64,000 bases of DNA from Deinococcales bacterium (GTDB lineage Bacteria > Deinococcota > Deinococci > Deinococcales > JAAFIG01): the NCBI GenBank assembly GCA_043778225.1, contig JAYWGM010000051.1:1-64000 (forward strand), read 5' to 3'. The notes beneath the pieces are model-generated. The model searched no databases, was not told where the DNA came from, and saw only the letters and a program-made list of their open reading frames with translations. Of this stretch, positions 46,053 through 55,575 are shown one piece after another. Each line of letters opens with the position of its first letter. The stretch's first letter is position 1. A program made the translations under genes and the position numbers.

Positions 46053-48935
46053 TCAAAGTCCGACTTCCAAGCCTCGTTTTTGGGCAATCAGCACGGCTTC
46101 TTGGTACTCAGCTTGAGCCATCGGGTCGGGCGATTGCTGGTTTTTGACCAGTGGTAAAAGCTGCTCAAGTTGGCTTTGTGAACCATATTTTAAGATTGCA
46201 ATGGTTGCCCTGATTTGGGCAAATGGCACTTGGGTTTGCAGCGCCGCTTCTAAGCCATGCTGTATGGCTTTTTCTATTTTCTCGTGGCGCTCGAGACGGT
46301 GGTACAATTCGCACAAACGTCCCCATGCCAAAGTGCGGCTGGTGATGTCGCCGTTGAGGGCATTATCCTCGTACTGCTGAACAGCTTCTTGGTCGCGCCC
46401 CAAGCGCATCAGGGTAGCTGCATAGCCATTTCGCAAATACTGGGTGTTAGAAAATTGTCCGTAAGACAGTGCTTCTTCGGCAATCTGGATCGCTTCTAGG
46501 TTGCGGTTGGCGTAATTAAGCGCCCACATCATTTGAATACAGACACTCACTTGGGCATAGCGAGCGGAGGTGCGTCTTGCCATATCCAAGGCTTGGAAAT
46601 GCAGTTCTAGGGCTTTTTCATAATGCTCGGTATCGTCGTAAATCGCCGCTAAACTCGAGAGAATAACAGCTAAATCGCCGCTTTCGCCGTATTGAGCTAA
46701 GCGCAAACGGGCTTTTTCGAGCAGCGCTATGGCTTCTGGGTAACGCTGCTGGGCTTCAAAAATATCAAAAGCGATTTCTTCAAAGTGGCTTTGGGTGTAC
46801 TCAAATTGCTCGAGTAGCGGTAAAGCATTTTGGATACACTGGGCAGCGTTTTGTAAATCGCCTTTGGCATAATGCCACTCGGCTTGAATTCGCCATGCCA
46901 TCGCTCGGTCGCGCACTGAACCAAGCAGCAATTGCTCGGACAGCGCCAAAGCAGCTTGGTACTGATGCAATTGCAAATGACACAAGGCACTTTGCGCCAC
47001 TGCCTCGAGTAATTGTGGTGCTATTTCTAAAACCCGATTCAACACATTGAGCGCTTCTTGTGGCAAACCAAGCCGTTGCAATTCCAGACTTTCCTCGAGC
47101 AGCAAGGGCAGGGCTTTTTTGGCTTGTCTGGCTTGTAGATAATGCTCGGCTCGAGCCAAGCGCGGCAGGCTTGGTAAACCACCCGCCCGTTCGTGCCAAT
47201 TGCTACGACGCACTGCCGACAGGCTACGGTAAACACTCTGACGCAGTAAATCGTGAATCAACTGCCCATCGCGGGTCATGGCAGCAAATTCAAGTTCCTC
47301 GAGTGCATCGAGCAAGGCTGATTGAGTCATGCCAGTCAGGACAATCAACTGGTCGTGGTCAATCTGTTTTAAGACACTGGCTGCGCCAAGCAGGCGCTGC
47401 GTGGTTTTTGATAAACGCAGCACTCGGGCAAGAATTAGTTCTTCGATGCGACCAGGAACAATAAATTCGCTGTAATCGAGGGTCAGGTTGTCGAGCGCAC
47501 TTTTCCAGTTATTTTCGGCAACCCGCAATGCACCACGCAAAAATAAATCGCGGATAATCTCGAGCATAAAAAATGGATTTCCAGCCGTATGACGAAATAA
47601 AAATTCGCTAAAAACAGGATATGAGCTTTCTGTGCCAATCAGACTCGAAAGCAGCAAGGTAGCCTCGGCTAAGGAAAACGGCAAAAGTAAAATTCGTTGG
47701 GCTTGCCACGCGGTCAGGCAGGACTCGAGTTGGGCTGAGGTTTCGTGTTGGCGCAGACTTGCTAGGCAGCGTATTTTGGCTCGAGCCACAAAAAAAGTCA
47801 GGAATTCAAGGGTTGCAGGGTCGCTCCATTGTAAATCATCGAATAGCACTGGGCTTGACTCGAGTTCTAAAAGACGAGCAAAAGCCTCGAATAAACGCAT
47901 TTTACCGCTTTGTGGGTCTATGTTGGCGGCATGGCTCGAGAATCTTGGTACAACTCGTCCGATGTCCTCGCTATAAACCCCAAGTGAGTTAGCGTTTTCG
48001 GGGGTGTAGGCAGCCTCCGCCCAAGCGATTAAAGGCGCATAGCTCAGACCTTCTAAGCCCTCAATACAGCGCAAAACCCGAGCATCGGCAAAAACCTCGA
48101 GCAGTAAGCGGGTTTTACCAACGCCTGGCTCACCCATGACCACCAGCAATTTGGCGTGGCTTTGCTGGATTTGTTGCACTTGGCTGGCTCGAGCCACCAA
48201 ACGCGGTGGGTGTGCAACCAAGGCTGGGATGCTTGGCGCAGTCGGTAGTGTGTCGGGCAAGCGGGCTGCCAAAATCATTTGATACAGTTCTTGAGTGGCT
48301 GCTTTGGGAGCTTGGGCAAACTCTGCTTGTAATACATCCTCAAATTTTCGATATGCCAAAAGTGGTAGCTCGCGTTCACCAGACAGATAGGCAGCTTGTA
48401 AATAGAACTGCAAAATGGTTTCATCAAATTCGTCGTGCTGCCATAAACGCCACAATAACTGGGCAGCGCTGCTGGCTTTTTTTTGCTGCATCAGCCCTTG
48501 GCTTTGCGCCAACATGGCTTCGCGCCATGCCCCCTCGAGTCGGTTGCGCTCGAGCGTTAACCACTCGTCAAAAACAAAACCTTCGATACTGGCGTTGGGT
48601 AAAAGTGGGGCTTGGTATAACTCAAGTGCCACGCCCCAATCGGTTCTGCCGAGTGCATTTTGAAAGGCTTGGACATCGGTTGGAACACAAAAACGCAGAC
48701 GTTGTGGTTCGACCTCGAGTGCCTCTGCCCACGGTAAGGCTTTGGCACGGTTCAAAAGTAACCGTAAATAATGCCGTGCCACAGGTTCGGGACTGTCTGG
48801 ACGCAACAGCCTTGCGACCTGAAGACGTGAGACCCAAGTTTGTTGCAACGCCAAATAACACAAGAGCAAAACAGGTTTAGTCAGCCCTTGTTCGTGTCCA
48901 AAAAATTGTGGTACGTGGCTCAATAGAGAAAGCAC
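46053..48935 (-). CDS. Second SARP/AfsR-like BTAD-AAA-TPR regulator
   Basis: BTAD region, GEPGVGKT, FDDLQWSD, GNPFF, HDLLRQ, C-terminal TPRs. Confidence 0.88.
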   Translation of the reverse strand: MLSLLSHVPQFFGHEQGLTKPVLLLCYLALQQTWVSRLQVARLLRPDSPEPVARHYLRLLLNRAKALPWAEALEVEPQRLRFCVPTDVQAFQNALGRTDWGVALELYQAPLLPNASIEGFVFDEWLTLERNRLEGAWREAMLAQSQGLMQQKKASSAAQLLWRLWQHDEFDETILQFYLQAAYLSGERELPLLAYRKFEDVLQAEFAQAPKAATQELYQMILAARLPDTLPTAPSIPALVAHPPRLVARASQVQQIQQSHAKLLVVMGEPGVGKTRLLLEVFADARVLRCIEGLEGLSYAPLIAWAEAAYTPENANSLGVYSEDIGRVVPRFSSHAANIDPQSGKMRLFEAFARLLELESSPVLFDDLQWSDPATLEFLTFFVARAKIRCLASLRQHETSAQLESCLTAWQAQRILLLPFSLAEATLLLSSLIGTESSYPVFSEFLFRHTAGNPFFMLEIIRDLFLRGALRVAENNWKSALDNLTLDYSEFIVPGRIEELILARVLRLSKTTQRLLGAASVLKQIDHDQLIVLTGMTQSALLDALEELEFAAMTRDGQLIHDLLRQSVYRSLSAVRRSNWHERAGGLPSLPRLARAEHYLQARQAKKALPLLLEESLELQRLGLPQEALNVLNRVLEIAPQLLEAVAQSALCHLQLHQYQAALALSEQLLLGSVRDRAMAWRIQAEWHYAKGDLQNAAQCIQNALPLLEQFEYTQSHFEEIAFDIFEAQQRYPEAIALLEKARLRLAQYGESGDLAVILSSLAAIYDDTEHYEKALELHFQALDMARRTSARYAQVSVCIQMMWALNYANRNLEAIQIAEEALSYGQFSNTQYLRNGYAATLMRLGRDQEAVQQYEDNALNGDITSRTLAWGRLCELYHRLERHEKIEKAIQHGLEAALQTQVPFAQIRATIAILKYGSQSQLEQLLPLVKNQQSPDPMAQAEYQEAVLIAQKRGLEVGL

Positions 48936-48962
48936 AAATCTGATTATTGCTGCTTTGGCAAT

Positions 48963-49148
48963 TTAACGCAAACCCGATTTGTTTTTGCGTTGCTTGAGGT
49001 GTTCTTGGGCTTGCTCGAGCGAATCAAACTCGAGTTGCTGCCCAGACAGTAAATCCAGCAAGCAGACGTGTTCGCCACTGGCATTTGGCTCAAGCCTGAG
49101 TAGGTAACTCGAGCTTTGCAGCTTTTTGGATTTTTTGGTTAGGGTCAT
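48963..49148 (-). CDS. Small protein upstream of the BTAD regulator
   Basis: SYLLRLE...LLDLLSGQQLEFDSLEQ..EHL; leaderless-type start at 49148. Confidence 0.65.
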   Translation of the reverse strand: MTLTKKSKKLQSSSYLLRLEPNASGEHVCLLDLLSGQQLEFDSLEQAQEHLKQRKNKSGLR

Positions 49149-49153
49149 GGGGT

Positions 49154-49188
49154 AGTTTCTCATAGCAAGCGTCTCAGGTGCGTCTCAG
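49154..49188 (-). promoter_or_regulatory. 11-bp-period direct repeat plus -10-like box
   Basis: On the minus strand CTGAGACGC twice (49188-49180, 49177-49169), 9-nt gap, GAAACT, 5 nt, ATG. Confidence 0.6.
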
Positions 49189-49231
49189 CTAAAAAGTCAT
49201 CACTCATCCGACTCGAGGTAGACTAGCCCCA

Positions 49232-50293
49232 ATGAGTTTACGAGTGACCCCAATAACCAATCCCCTCGAGTGGGATGCTCTTGTCCAAAGTTTTACCTTT
49301 CACAGCGCCCTCCAAGGCTGGGGCTTTGGCGAAGCGCGGCGCGTGACGGCTTGGACTCCGCACCGCCTAAAACTCGAGCGGGATGGCGTGGTTTTTGCGG
49401 CTGCCCAAGTGCTGCGGCGCTCACAATACGGACTTGGTTATTTATATTGCCCAAGGGGACCTGCCCTAAACAGTCTCGAGGATTTACAAGATGTGGCAGC
49501 AGCCTTAAAGTCGTGGGCAAAAATAACCGATGTCAGCCTAAAAATCGAGCCATGCGTACCGATTCCATCGGTTGGCGACCCAAGCATCATGCCCAAACAG
49601 ATTGGCGTTTGGAGTCTAGCCGAAACCATCCAGCCTGCCCACACGGTTTTAATCAGTCTCGAGGAAACCGAAGAAACCCGCCTTGCAGCCATGCACCAAA
49701 TGGCAAAACGCAACACCAAACAAAGCCTAAAAGAAGGTGTGACCGCCGAACCGGACGACGATTTTGAAGCCTTCTGGGAATTGTTTAGCGAAACCAACAC
49801 GCGCTCGAAATTATTACAACGCTCAAAAGCCTATTACCAAGCGATGTTGCTCGAGTGCGCTAAGTACGGTGGTGAAGCCAGAATCATCAATGCTCGCTGG
49901 AATGGCAAGGCATTGGCAACTTGTTTTGTGATTGGGCTGGGCAATGAATTGTGCTACTTGTATGGCGGCAGCATCCGAGCCGAACGTGAAGAAGGGCAGC
50001 GCGACCCAAAAGCCCCCAACGGCGCGTACTGGGGCATGATACGGTTTGGTCTCTCGAGAAAATATAAGACTTTGGATTTGTACGGCATTCCTAAGCGGAT
50101 TGACGAAAGCACAAGCGAAAAAATCAGCAATGGAGTCTATGAATTTAAGATGCGGCTTGGTGGGCAAATGGCATATTTTCCAGCTTATGAAATTGCGCTT
50201 AATCCACTCTCGAGTGCGGTCAATACTGCCTTGCGCTGGCGGCGCAAAGCCATGAATCGTAAAGCTCGAGGCACAGATGATGATGTCCTATAA
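49232..50293 (+). CDS. FemABX-family peptidoglycan peptidyltransferase
   Basis: LQGWGFGE, YCPRGP, KIEP, YLYGGS, LDLYG, GVYEFK..GG. Confidence 0.88.
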   Translation: MSLRVTPITNPLEWDALVQSFTFHSALQGWGFGEARRVTAWTPHRLKLERDGVVFAAAQVLRRSQYGLGYLYCPRGPALNSLEDLQDVAAALKSWAKITDVSLKIEPCVPIPSVGDPSIMPKQIGVWSLAETIQPAHTVLISLEETEETRLAAMHQMAKRNTKQSLKEGVTAEPDDDFEAFWELFSETNTRSKLLQRSKAYYQAMLLECAKYGGEARIINARWNGKALATCFVIGLGNELCYLYGGSIRAEREEGQRDPKAPNGAYWGMIRFGLSRKYKTLDLYGIPKRIDESTSEKISNGVYEFKMRLGGQMAYFPAYEIALNPLSSAVNTALRWRRKAMNRKARGTDDDVL

Positions 50294-50433
50294 TCGAAAC
50301 TTGAGAAGTGGCTGGACACACAAAGTACCTTGGCAAATGAAATGGGCGTACAACAAAGCCTGATTTCTAAAGTGAATTACAAAATTATTTTTAAGTCATT
50401 AAGCCAAAGCAGGCTGCTCGAGCCTCAAACGTA
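50294..50433 (+). pseudogene. XRE helix-turn-helix gene remnant
   Basis: In frame after the Fem stop, with no own start: TQSTLANEMGVQQSLISKV. Confidence 0.4.
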
Positions 50434-50659
50434 AGGTAGCAATTCTAAGTAATCCAAATGCAATCAGTACAGAAGTTGTACAAGTAAACCTTGAGCTTCA
50501 AAAGATTTGACCGCTAAATGATGTTTGTCTGTTGCGTCTCTTTTTGTAACTCGAGGAGACCATGATTTTATTGTGGCATAAAAGCAGGTCTATGCAAAGG
50601 CTCGAGATGAAGCAAGCTGCTCGAGTGCTAAAACCAAAAAAGTCGAGTACAATCTAATC

Positions 50660-50890
50660 ATGACATTAACCCTTGAGAATCCGGAACTAGAAGCTCGATT
50701 GCTCGAGGAAGCCATAAAACGTGGTTTGAAACCTGAGGAAATAGCTCTTGAAACACTACAAAATTCATTCGTACCAATCTTGCATCATGATGCTGATTTT
50801 CTCATTGGTATTTGGAACGAAACCGAATACCAAGATTTTTTATTGCACACCAAACAATTTGAGCAATTAGATGCGGTTCATGAACGATGA
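50660..50890 (+). CDS. Putative antitoxin
   Basis: 76 aa, RHH-like N-terminus, acidic tail; ATGA overlap with the PIN gene. Confidence 0.7.
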   Translation: MTLTLENPELEARLLEEAIKRGLKPEEIALETLQNSFVPILHHDADFLIGIWNETEYQDFLLHTKQFEQLDAVHER

Positions 50891-51306
50891 ACACTCGAGT
50901 CATTTTTGATACCAATGCGTACAGCAATTTATTCCGAGGTCAACCCGATTGTATCGAAATCCTGCGCCTATCACCAAGAATCGCTGTGCCTGTTATAGTC
51001 ATGGCAGAACTACTCAGTGGTTTCCAAAACGGTAATCGGTACGCTCAAAACCTTGCCAAACTCGAGGAATTCTTAGCTTTACCTCGAGTAGAACTAATTT
51101 TCCCTAACCAAGAAACAGCTTTTATTTACTCGAGCATCAATGTAGCACTTGGGCAAGCAGGGCAGATAATACCAACCAACGACCTTTGGATAGCAGCAAT
51201 GGCTGTTCAGCATCAGAATCCACTTTTTACTTTTGACACGCATTTCTCGAGGGTAGAAGGATTACGATTTGGTTTAAGTGCAACGGAAATTGGTTTAAGG
51301 AAGTAA
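50887..51306 (+). CDS. vapC: VapC PIN-domain toxin
   Basis: IFDTNAYS, IPTNDLWIAA, FTFDTHF. Confidence 0.92.
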   Translation: MNTRVIFDTNAYSNLFRGQPDCIEILRLSPRIAVPVIVMAELLSGFQNGNRYAQNLAKLEEFLALPRVELIFPNQETAFIYSSINVALGQAGQIIPTNDLWIAAMAVQHQNPLFTFDTHFSRVEGLRFGLSATEIGLRK

Positions 51307-51352
51307 AGCAGATTTTTTCTTCACTTGAGCGCAAGCAAATCATAAAAACAAA

Positions 51353-51751
51353 TCAAGCGCTAAGTAGCTTCAAACCCTCCACGCCCAGAAAATCGTTTTT
51401 ATCAGCCGTCAACAATGGTATGCCTGAACTCAACGCAGTGGCTGCAATCCACGCATCTGCTCCTGCTATTGGGTAGCCGTTGCGTTTGGCACTGATGTTC
51501 ACTTCTACCCAAGCTTGAGTGACGGTTTCATCATGTGGTAAGAACCCAAATCGTGATTCTATCCAACGTTCTAACTTGGCTTGATTGGACTTTGACCAGT
51601 ACGCTGACCATACAAGTAATTCGGCTCGAGTTTGAAATGAAATAATTTTGCGGCGATTCTCGAGGACGATACGAAATGGTTCACTTTGTGGTGTTTGACG
51701 AAATAAATAACTGACAACGTTGGTGTCTACAATTGCCGTTTGTGGGGTCAC
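51353..51751 (-). CDS. vapC: PIN-domain toxin
   Basis: IVDTNVVSY, ADAWIAATAL, LLTADKNDF. Confidence 0.9.
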   Translation of the reverse strand: MTPQTAIVDTNVVSYLFRQTPQSEPFRIVLENRRKIISFQTRAELLVWSAYWSKSNQAKLERWIESRFGFLPHDETVTQAWVEVNISAKRNGYPIAGADAWIAATALSSGIPLLTADKNDFLGVEGLKLLSA

Positions 51752-52008
51752 ATTGCATCCTTTGGAATATCAAATTCAGGAGCGTCAGGGTCTGTTCCTT
51801 CTAAAAACTCTTCCCAAGTTGTGATTGGTGCGTTCAGAATTGCGTTTCGAGTGGCTTCATCAAGGTGCGCGTATTGGGCTACTTCTAAGGCTCGCTCGAG
51901 TTCGGCTTGTGATGGTTGCTCGAGACTTAAAAGCAGTGCTTTTGCCAATTCTCCACGTTCAGTAAGTGGTAATTGCAGTGCAGCGTTTTTCATTTCAATA
52001 AGGCTCAT
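51748..52008 (-). CDS. Putative addiction-module antitoxin
   Basis: ALQLPLTERGELAKALLLSL N-terminus; GTGA overlap with the PIN gene. Confidence 0.7.
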   Translation of the reverse strand: MSLIEMKNAALQLPLTERGELAKALLLSLEQPSQAELERALEVAQYAHLDEATRNAILNAPITTWEEFLEGTDPDAPEFDIPKDAM

Positions 52009-52080
52009 GCTTATATTGTGTCACAAAATTTGTTTTTTGCAAATACAAACGGCAGTCTATTGCTCGAGAAAACCGTACAG

Positions 52081-52096
52081 TCGGTCATCTGACTGA
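52081..52096 (+). promoter_or_regulatory. 7-2-7 inverted repeat upstream of the kinase-regulator operon
   Basis: TCGGTCA-TC-TGACTGA, upstream of TAGAAT (52119). Confidence 0.6.
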
Positions 52097-52132
52097 CCCC
52101 GCGTTCATATCAAGCAGTTAGAATCAGCCACA

Positions 52133-53602
52133 ATGAAAGCCCCCATGCTGGCTCTGATTTCTGTGTTGCTATTTGTTGCTATTGTCATTCTTGATTTATT
52201 AACCCCACAGCGTCTTGTTGCGGCAATTTTACTAAATATCCCAATTGCCCTGTCTGGCTTGGTACTTAAACGCCGTTTTACTTTTGCTTTGGTGCTGATT
52301 GCCGTGGCAATGGATGCCATAGCTGGGCTGATTAACGCCTCCTCAGAAGGTGGTTTTGATTCGGTTAGTATCCTAAACCGTGTTTTGCTGGCAATTTCTT
52401 TTATTCTGGTGGGCTTTATGACGGTGCAACTGACCTCATTCTCGAGTCGGCTCGAGAAGGCGCGGCTCGAGGAAGCCCGTTTGCGGCGTGAACGTGACCG
52501 TGAACGAATTGCCGCGATTGGACAAGAACCTTCACTCGAGGCTGCCCTGCATAAAGCTGCCGAGGTGCTGGCGCAGTGTTTTGAGGCTCGAGGGGTGCTG
52601 CTCTCCAGTGCTGGTATGAGTCAGTTCAGTCCGCCTCGAACGGCTTTTCCGGCGACCCAAAGCGCTTGGAGCATCGGCAGTGCTATTCCTTCGCGGCTGC
52701 TTGGTGCGCCACCCAGCCAAACAATAGCTTGCCCAGCGCCCAGCGAGTTTGGCTTAAATGCCAATCATGCCTTGATTGCAGGTTTTGAATGGGCGGGTCA
52801 TGCGCCAATGCTGTTGGCGTTGCTCGAGCCACAGAGCCAAACTGAGTCGTTGCAGTCGTTATTGCCAACCCTGCGGGATGCGTTAGAACGTGCCGAACTG
52901 AGCCAGCGTTTGGAGCGCAACCGCACCGAACTCGAGCGCCGCGCCGAAGTCATCCGCGATTTGGTCTATGCTTTTAGCCATGATCTCCGCACGCCTTTGG
53001 TTGCCAATGGGATGAATATGCGTCTGGCACTCGAAGGTGCGTTTGGCGAATTACCCGAAGCCTATTTGCGGACGTTGCACAATGGTATCGAAGCCAACGA
53101 GGATTTACTGACCCTTGCCGATTCGTTGTTGGTGTTGGCAAAACTCGAGTCCGAACAAATTCAAAGTACGCCCCAAGCCGTCAATCTCGAGAATGCGGCG
53201 CGGTCAAGTGCAGCGCGGTTGCCGCAAAGTCAATTTATTTGGCAAGTCAGCGGCGAAACAGACGTGCTTGGGAATCCTGCCGATTTGCGCCGAGTGATTC
53301 AGAATTTACTCGAGAATGCAGCCAAGTATAGCCCAGCCAACAGCCAAATCGAAATTAAACTCGAGCCACACGAAAATGCAGTTCGGCTTGAAATTTCAGA
53401 CCGAGGACAAGGCGTGCCTGTCGAACTCGAGCCACGTTTATTTGGACGTTTCTCGAGTGGTAAAGCTGGTGGTGGGACTGGACTGGGCTTATATTTGTCT
53501 AAGCGGATTTCTGAAAGCCATGGCGGACGGATTGGCTATCATCCTAGGGTTGGCGGCGGCAGTGTTTTCTGGCTCGAGTTACCCAAAGCTGGTGTGGCAT
53601 GA
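52133..53602 (+). CDS. Membrane sensor histidine kinase
   Basis: N-terminal TM helices; FSHDLRTPL, NLLENAAKY, DRGQG, GTGLGL. Confidence 0.93.
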   Translation: MKAPMLALISVLLFVAIVILDLLTPQRLVAAILLNIPIALSGLVLKRRFTFALVLIAVAMDAIAGLINASSEGGFDSVSILNRVLLAISFILVGFMTVQLTSFSSRLEKARLEEARLRRERDRERIAAIGQEPSLEAALHKAAEVLAQCFEARGVLLSSAGMSQFSPPRTAFPATQSAWSIGSAIPSRLLGAPPSQTIACPAPSEFGLNANHALIAGFEWAGHAPMLLALLEPQSQTESLQSLLPTLRDALERAELSQRLERNRTELERRAEVIRDLVYAFSHDLRTPLVANGMNMRLALEGAFGELPEAYLRTLHNGIEANEDLLTLADSLLVLAKLESEQIQSTPQAVNLENAARSSAARLPQSQFIWQVSGETDVLGNPADLRRVIQNLLENAAKYSPANSQIEIKLEPHENAVRLEISDRGQGVPVELEPRLFGRFSSGKAGGGTGLGLYLSKRISESHGGRIGYHPRVGGGSVFWLELPKAGVA

Positions 53603-53649
53603 CATTCAAGGCTGGTGTGGCATGACATTCAAAGCTGGTGTGGCATGAC
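53584..53649 (+). repeat. 23-bp tandem repeat at the kinase/regulator junction
   Basis: CAARGCTGGTGTGGCATGACATT at 53584 and 53607, partial at 53630. Confidence 0.95.
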
Positions 53650-54271
53650 CTACACAGTCTTTTTGGTTGAAGATCATGCGTTTACCCGCGATGGTCTGCG
53701 AGTGGCACTGCAACGCGACCCAAATCTACAAGTGGTTGGCGAAGCCCGAAGCGGCGAAGAAGCCCTCGAGCAGTACCCTAACTTTAAGGCGGATGTGGTT
53801 GTGATGGACATTGGCTTACCGGGCATAGATGGCATCGAAGCCACCAAACGCTTAAAAACCCTCTATCCAAACCTCAAAGTCGTGATGCTGACCGTCCATC
53901 AACTCGACCAAGAAGTGCTGGCAGCCTTGGCAAGCGGTGCAAATGCCTACTGCCTAAAAAGTACCGACCCTTCGAGTTTACGCCTAGCGGTGCAAGCTGT
54001 GGCGATGGGTGGCGCGTATCTTGACCCACAAATCGCCCATGTGGTTTTAAACCGCATTACGCCAATCAATCAAGACAGTGCAGTGCTATCGCCTCGAGAA
54101 CTCGAGGTGCTGCGTCTAATTGCCGATGGACTAGGCAACAAAGACATTGCGCTGCGGCTCGAGATTAGTTTAAGTACCGTCAAAACCCATGTCGAAGAAA
54201 TTCTAGTGCGTTTGAGTGTTTCTGACCGTACCCAAGCCGCCGTTAAAGCCCTACGGCGCGGGATGATTTAG
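53645..54271 (+). CDS. NarL/LuxR-family response regulator
   Basis: VEDH, VMDIGLPGIDG, LSPRELEVL..G.GNKDIA..TVKTHV; start ATG 53645. Confidence 0.95.
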   Translation: MTYTVFLVEDHAFTRDGLRVALQRDPNLQVVGEARSGEEALEQYPNFKADVVVMDIGLPGIDGIEATKRLKTLYPNLKVVMLTVHQLDQEVLAALASGANAYCLKSTDPSSLRLAVQAVAMGGAYLDPQIAHVVLNRITPINQDSAVLSPRELEVLRLIADGLGNKDIALRLEISLSTVKTHVEEILVRLSVSDRTQAAVKALRRGMI

Positions 54272-54441
54272 CCACGCAGCAAAGAAAATACCATTGCTGC
54301 CACAAATATCCCAACCAAGCTACTGATAAACCATTCGGTCAAGTTTGGTTTCTGATTGACTTCGCGGCGCAGACCAGCCAAAAAACCTCGAGTGGCAAGA
54401 ATTCCAAAGCTGGCAGCACCAATCACCAAAAACATATTCAT
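54268..54441 (-). CDS. Small two-TM membrane protein (57 aa, below the ORF-track cutoff)
   Basis: MNMFLVIGAASFGILATRGFLAGLRREVNQKPNLTEWFISSLVGIFVAAMVFSLLRG; TAGAAT 6 nt before ATG. Confidence 0.6.
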   Translation of the reverse strand: MNMFLVIGAASFGILATRGFLAGLRREVNQKPNLTEWFISSLVGIFVAAMVFSLLRG

Positions 54442-54498
54442 GACCAAATTCTATTTTTTACTGGTCAAACGCACCATCGGTCACTCGAGCGGGGAGGG

Positions 54499-54514
54499 TC
54501 AGTCAACTGACCGA
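54499..54514 (-). promoter_or_regulatory. Second 7-2-7 inverted repeat
   Basis: Minus strand TCGGTCA-GT-TGACTGA; extra half-site at 54477-54483. Confidence 0.6.
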
Positions 54515-54519
54515 GGTCT

Positions 54520-55575
54520 TCAATCATCGGCAATAATGTACACATCTATCCCCGTGCTGCGCCGCAGGATTTCCAAAACCACCGAGCCAGAGATAATTTC
54601 CTTAAACCTCGAGCGGTGCGATTCGCCAATAATAACTTGGGTGGCGTGTTCGGCTTTTAGGTATGCCACCAGACTCGAGGCGGTGTCTGTGCCGTCTAGA
54701 ACTGTCCAAGTTGCCTTGAATTCTCGAGCCAGATGCTCGAGTTCGTTCAAAACATCAAATTCTGGTTGCTTATAAGCACGGTTTTTAATATGCACCACCA
54801 ATAAATCGCCTTTTAAGCGTTGCACCACCCGAGCGCCACGGCGAATCAGCCGAGCATCGTGCTGTTCGGCGCGGACTGCCACCACAATTCGTTCTTTTAC
54901 GCCGCGTCCAAGGATTTCGGCTGGATTAATCGGTTCTTCTTCGACCACATCGGCAGTGCGACGCAGTGCCAATTCGCGCAGCACCGCCAGATTCTCGACC
55001 GTAAAAAAACTGGTCAGGGCTTGGTCTATTTTTTCTTTGGCATAGATTTTTCCAGCCCCGAGGCGGTCACGCAGCGCCTCGGGTGAAATATCGACAATCA
55101 CCACTTCGTCTGCCTCGAGTACCACTTGGTCTGGGACTCGTTCGCGTACCCGAACACTGGTTAAGCGTGCGACTTCATCGTTGAGGCTTTCAAGATGCTG
55201 GATATTGAGGGTGCTGATGACGTTAATCCCAGCTTCTAAAATTTCTTCGACATCCAAGTAACGCTTGGGGTGCTTAGAAGTTGGCACATTGCTGTGTGCT
55301 AGTTCATCCACCATCACCCATTCGGGGCGGCGCTCGAGAATACCAGCCACGTCGAGTTCGGTTAGGGTTGTGCCTTTGTAGAGAATCTCGAGCCGAGGAA
55401 AAATCGGTAGGTCTTGGGCGGCGGCTACGGTATCTTTACGTTTATGGGTCTCGAGTAAACCAATAATTGCATCCAGCCCATCGGTGCGTAAATCGCGGAT
55501 TTCATGTAATGCCCGCACGGTTTTCCCGACACCAGCCGCCATGCCCAAATAAATTTTGTGTCTACCGCGAATCAT
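54520..55575 (-). CDS. kdpD: Stand-alone KdpD N-terminal sensor plus Usp domain (split KdpD)
   Basis: RGRHKIYLGMAAGVGKT, VDELAHSN, NIQHLESLND, LRELALR, Usp domain; no TM or kinase part. Confidence 0.85.
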   Translation of the reverse strand: MIRGRHKIYLGMAAGVGKTVRALHEIRDLRTDGLDAIIGLLETHKRKDTVAAAQDLPIFPRLEILYKGTTLTELDVAGILERRPEWVMVDELAHSNVPTSKHPKRYLDVEEILEAGINVISTLNIQHLESLNDEVARLTSVRVRERVPDQVVLEADEVVIVDISPEALRDRLGAGKIYAKEKIDQALTSFFTVENLAVLRELALRRTADVVEEEPINPAEILGRGVKERIVVAVRAEQHDARLIRRGARVVQRLKGDLLVVHIKNRAYKQPEFDVLNELEHLAREFKATWTVLDGTDTASSLVAYLKAEHATQVIIGESHRSRFKEIISGSVVLEILRRSTGIDVYIIADD

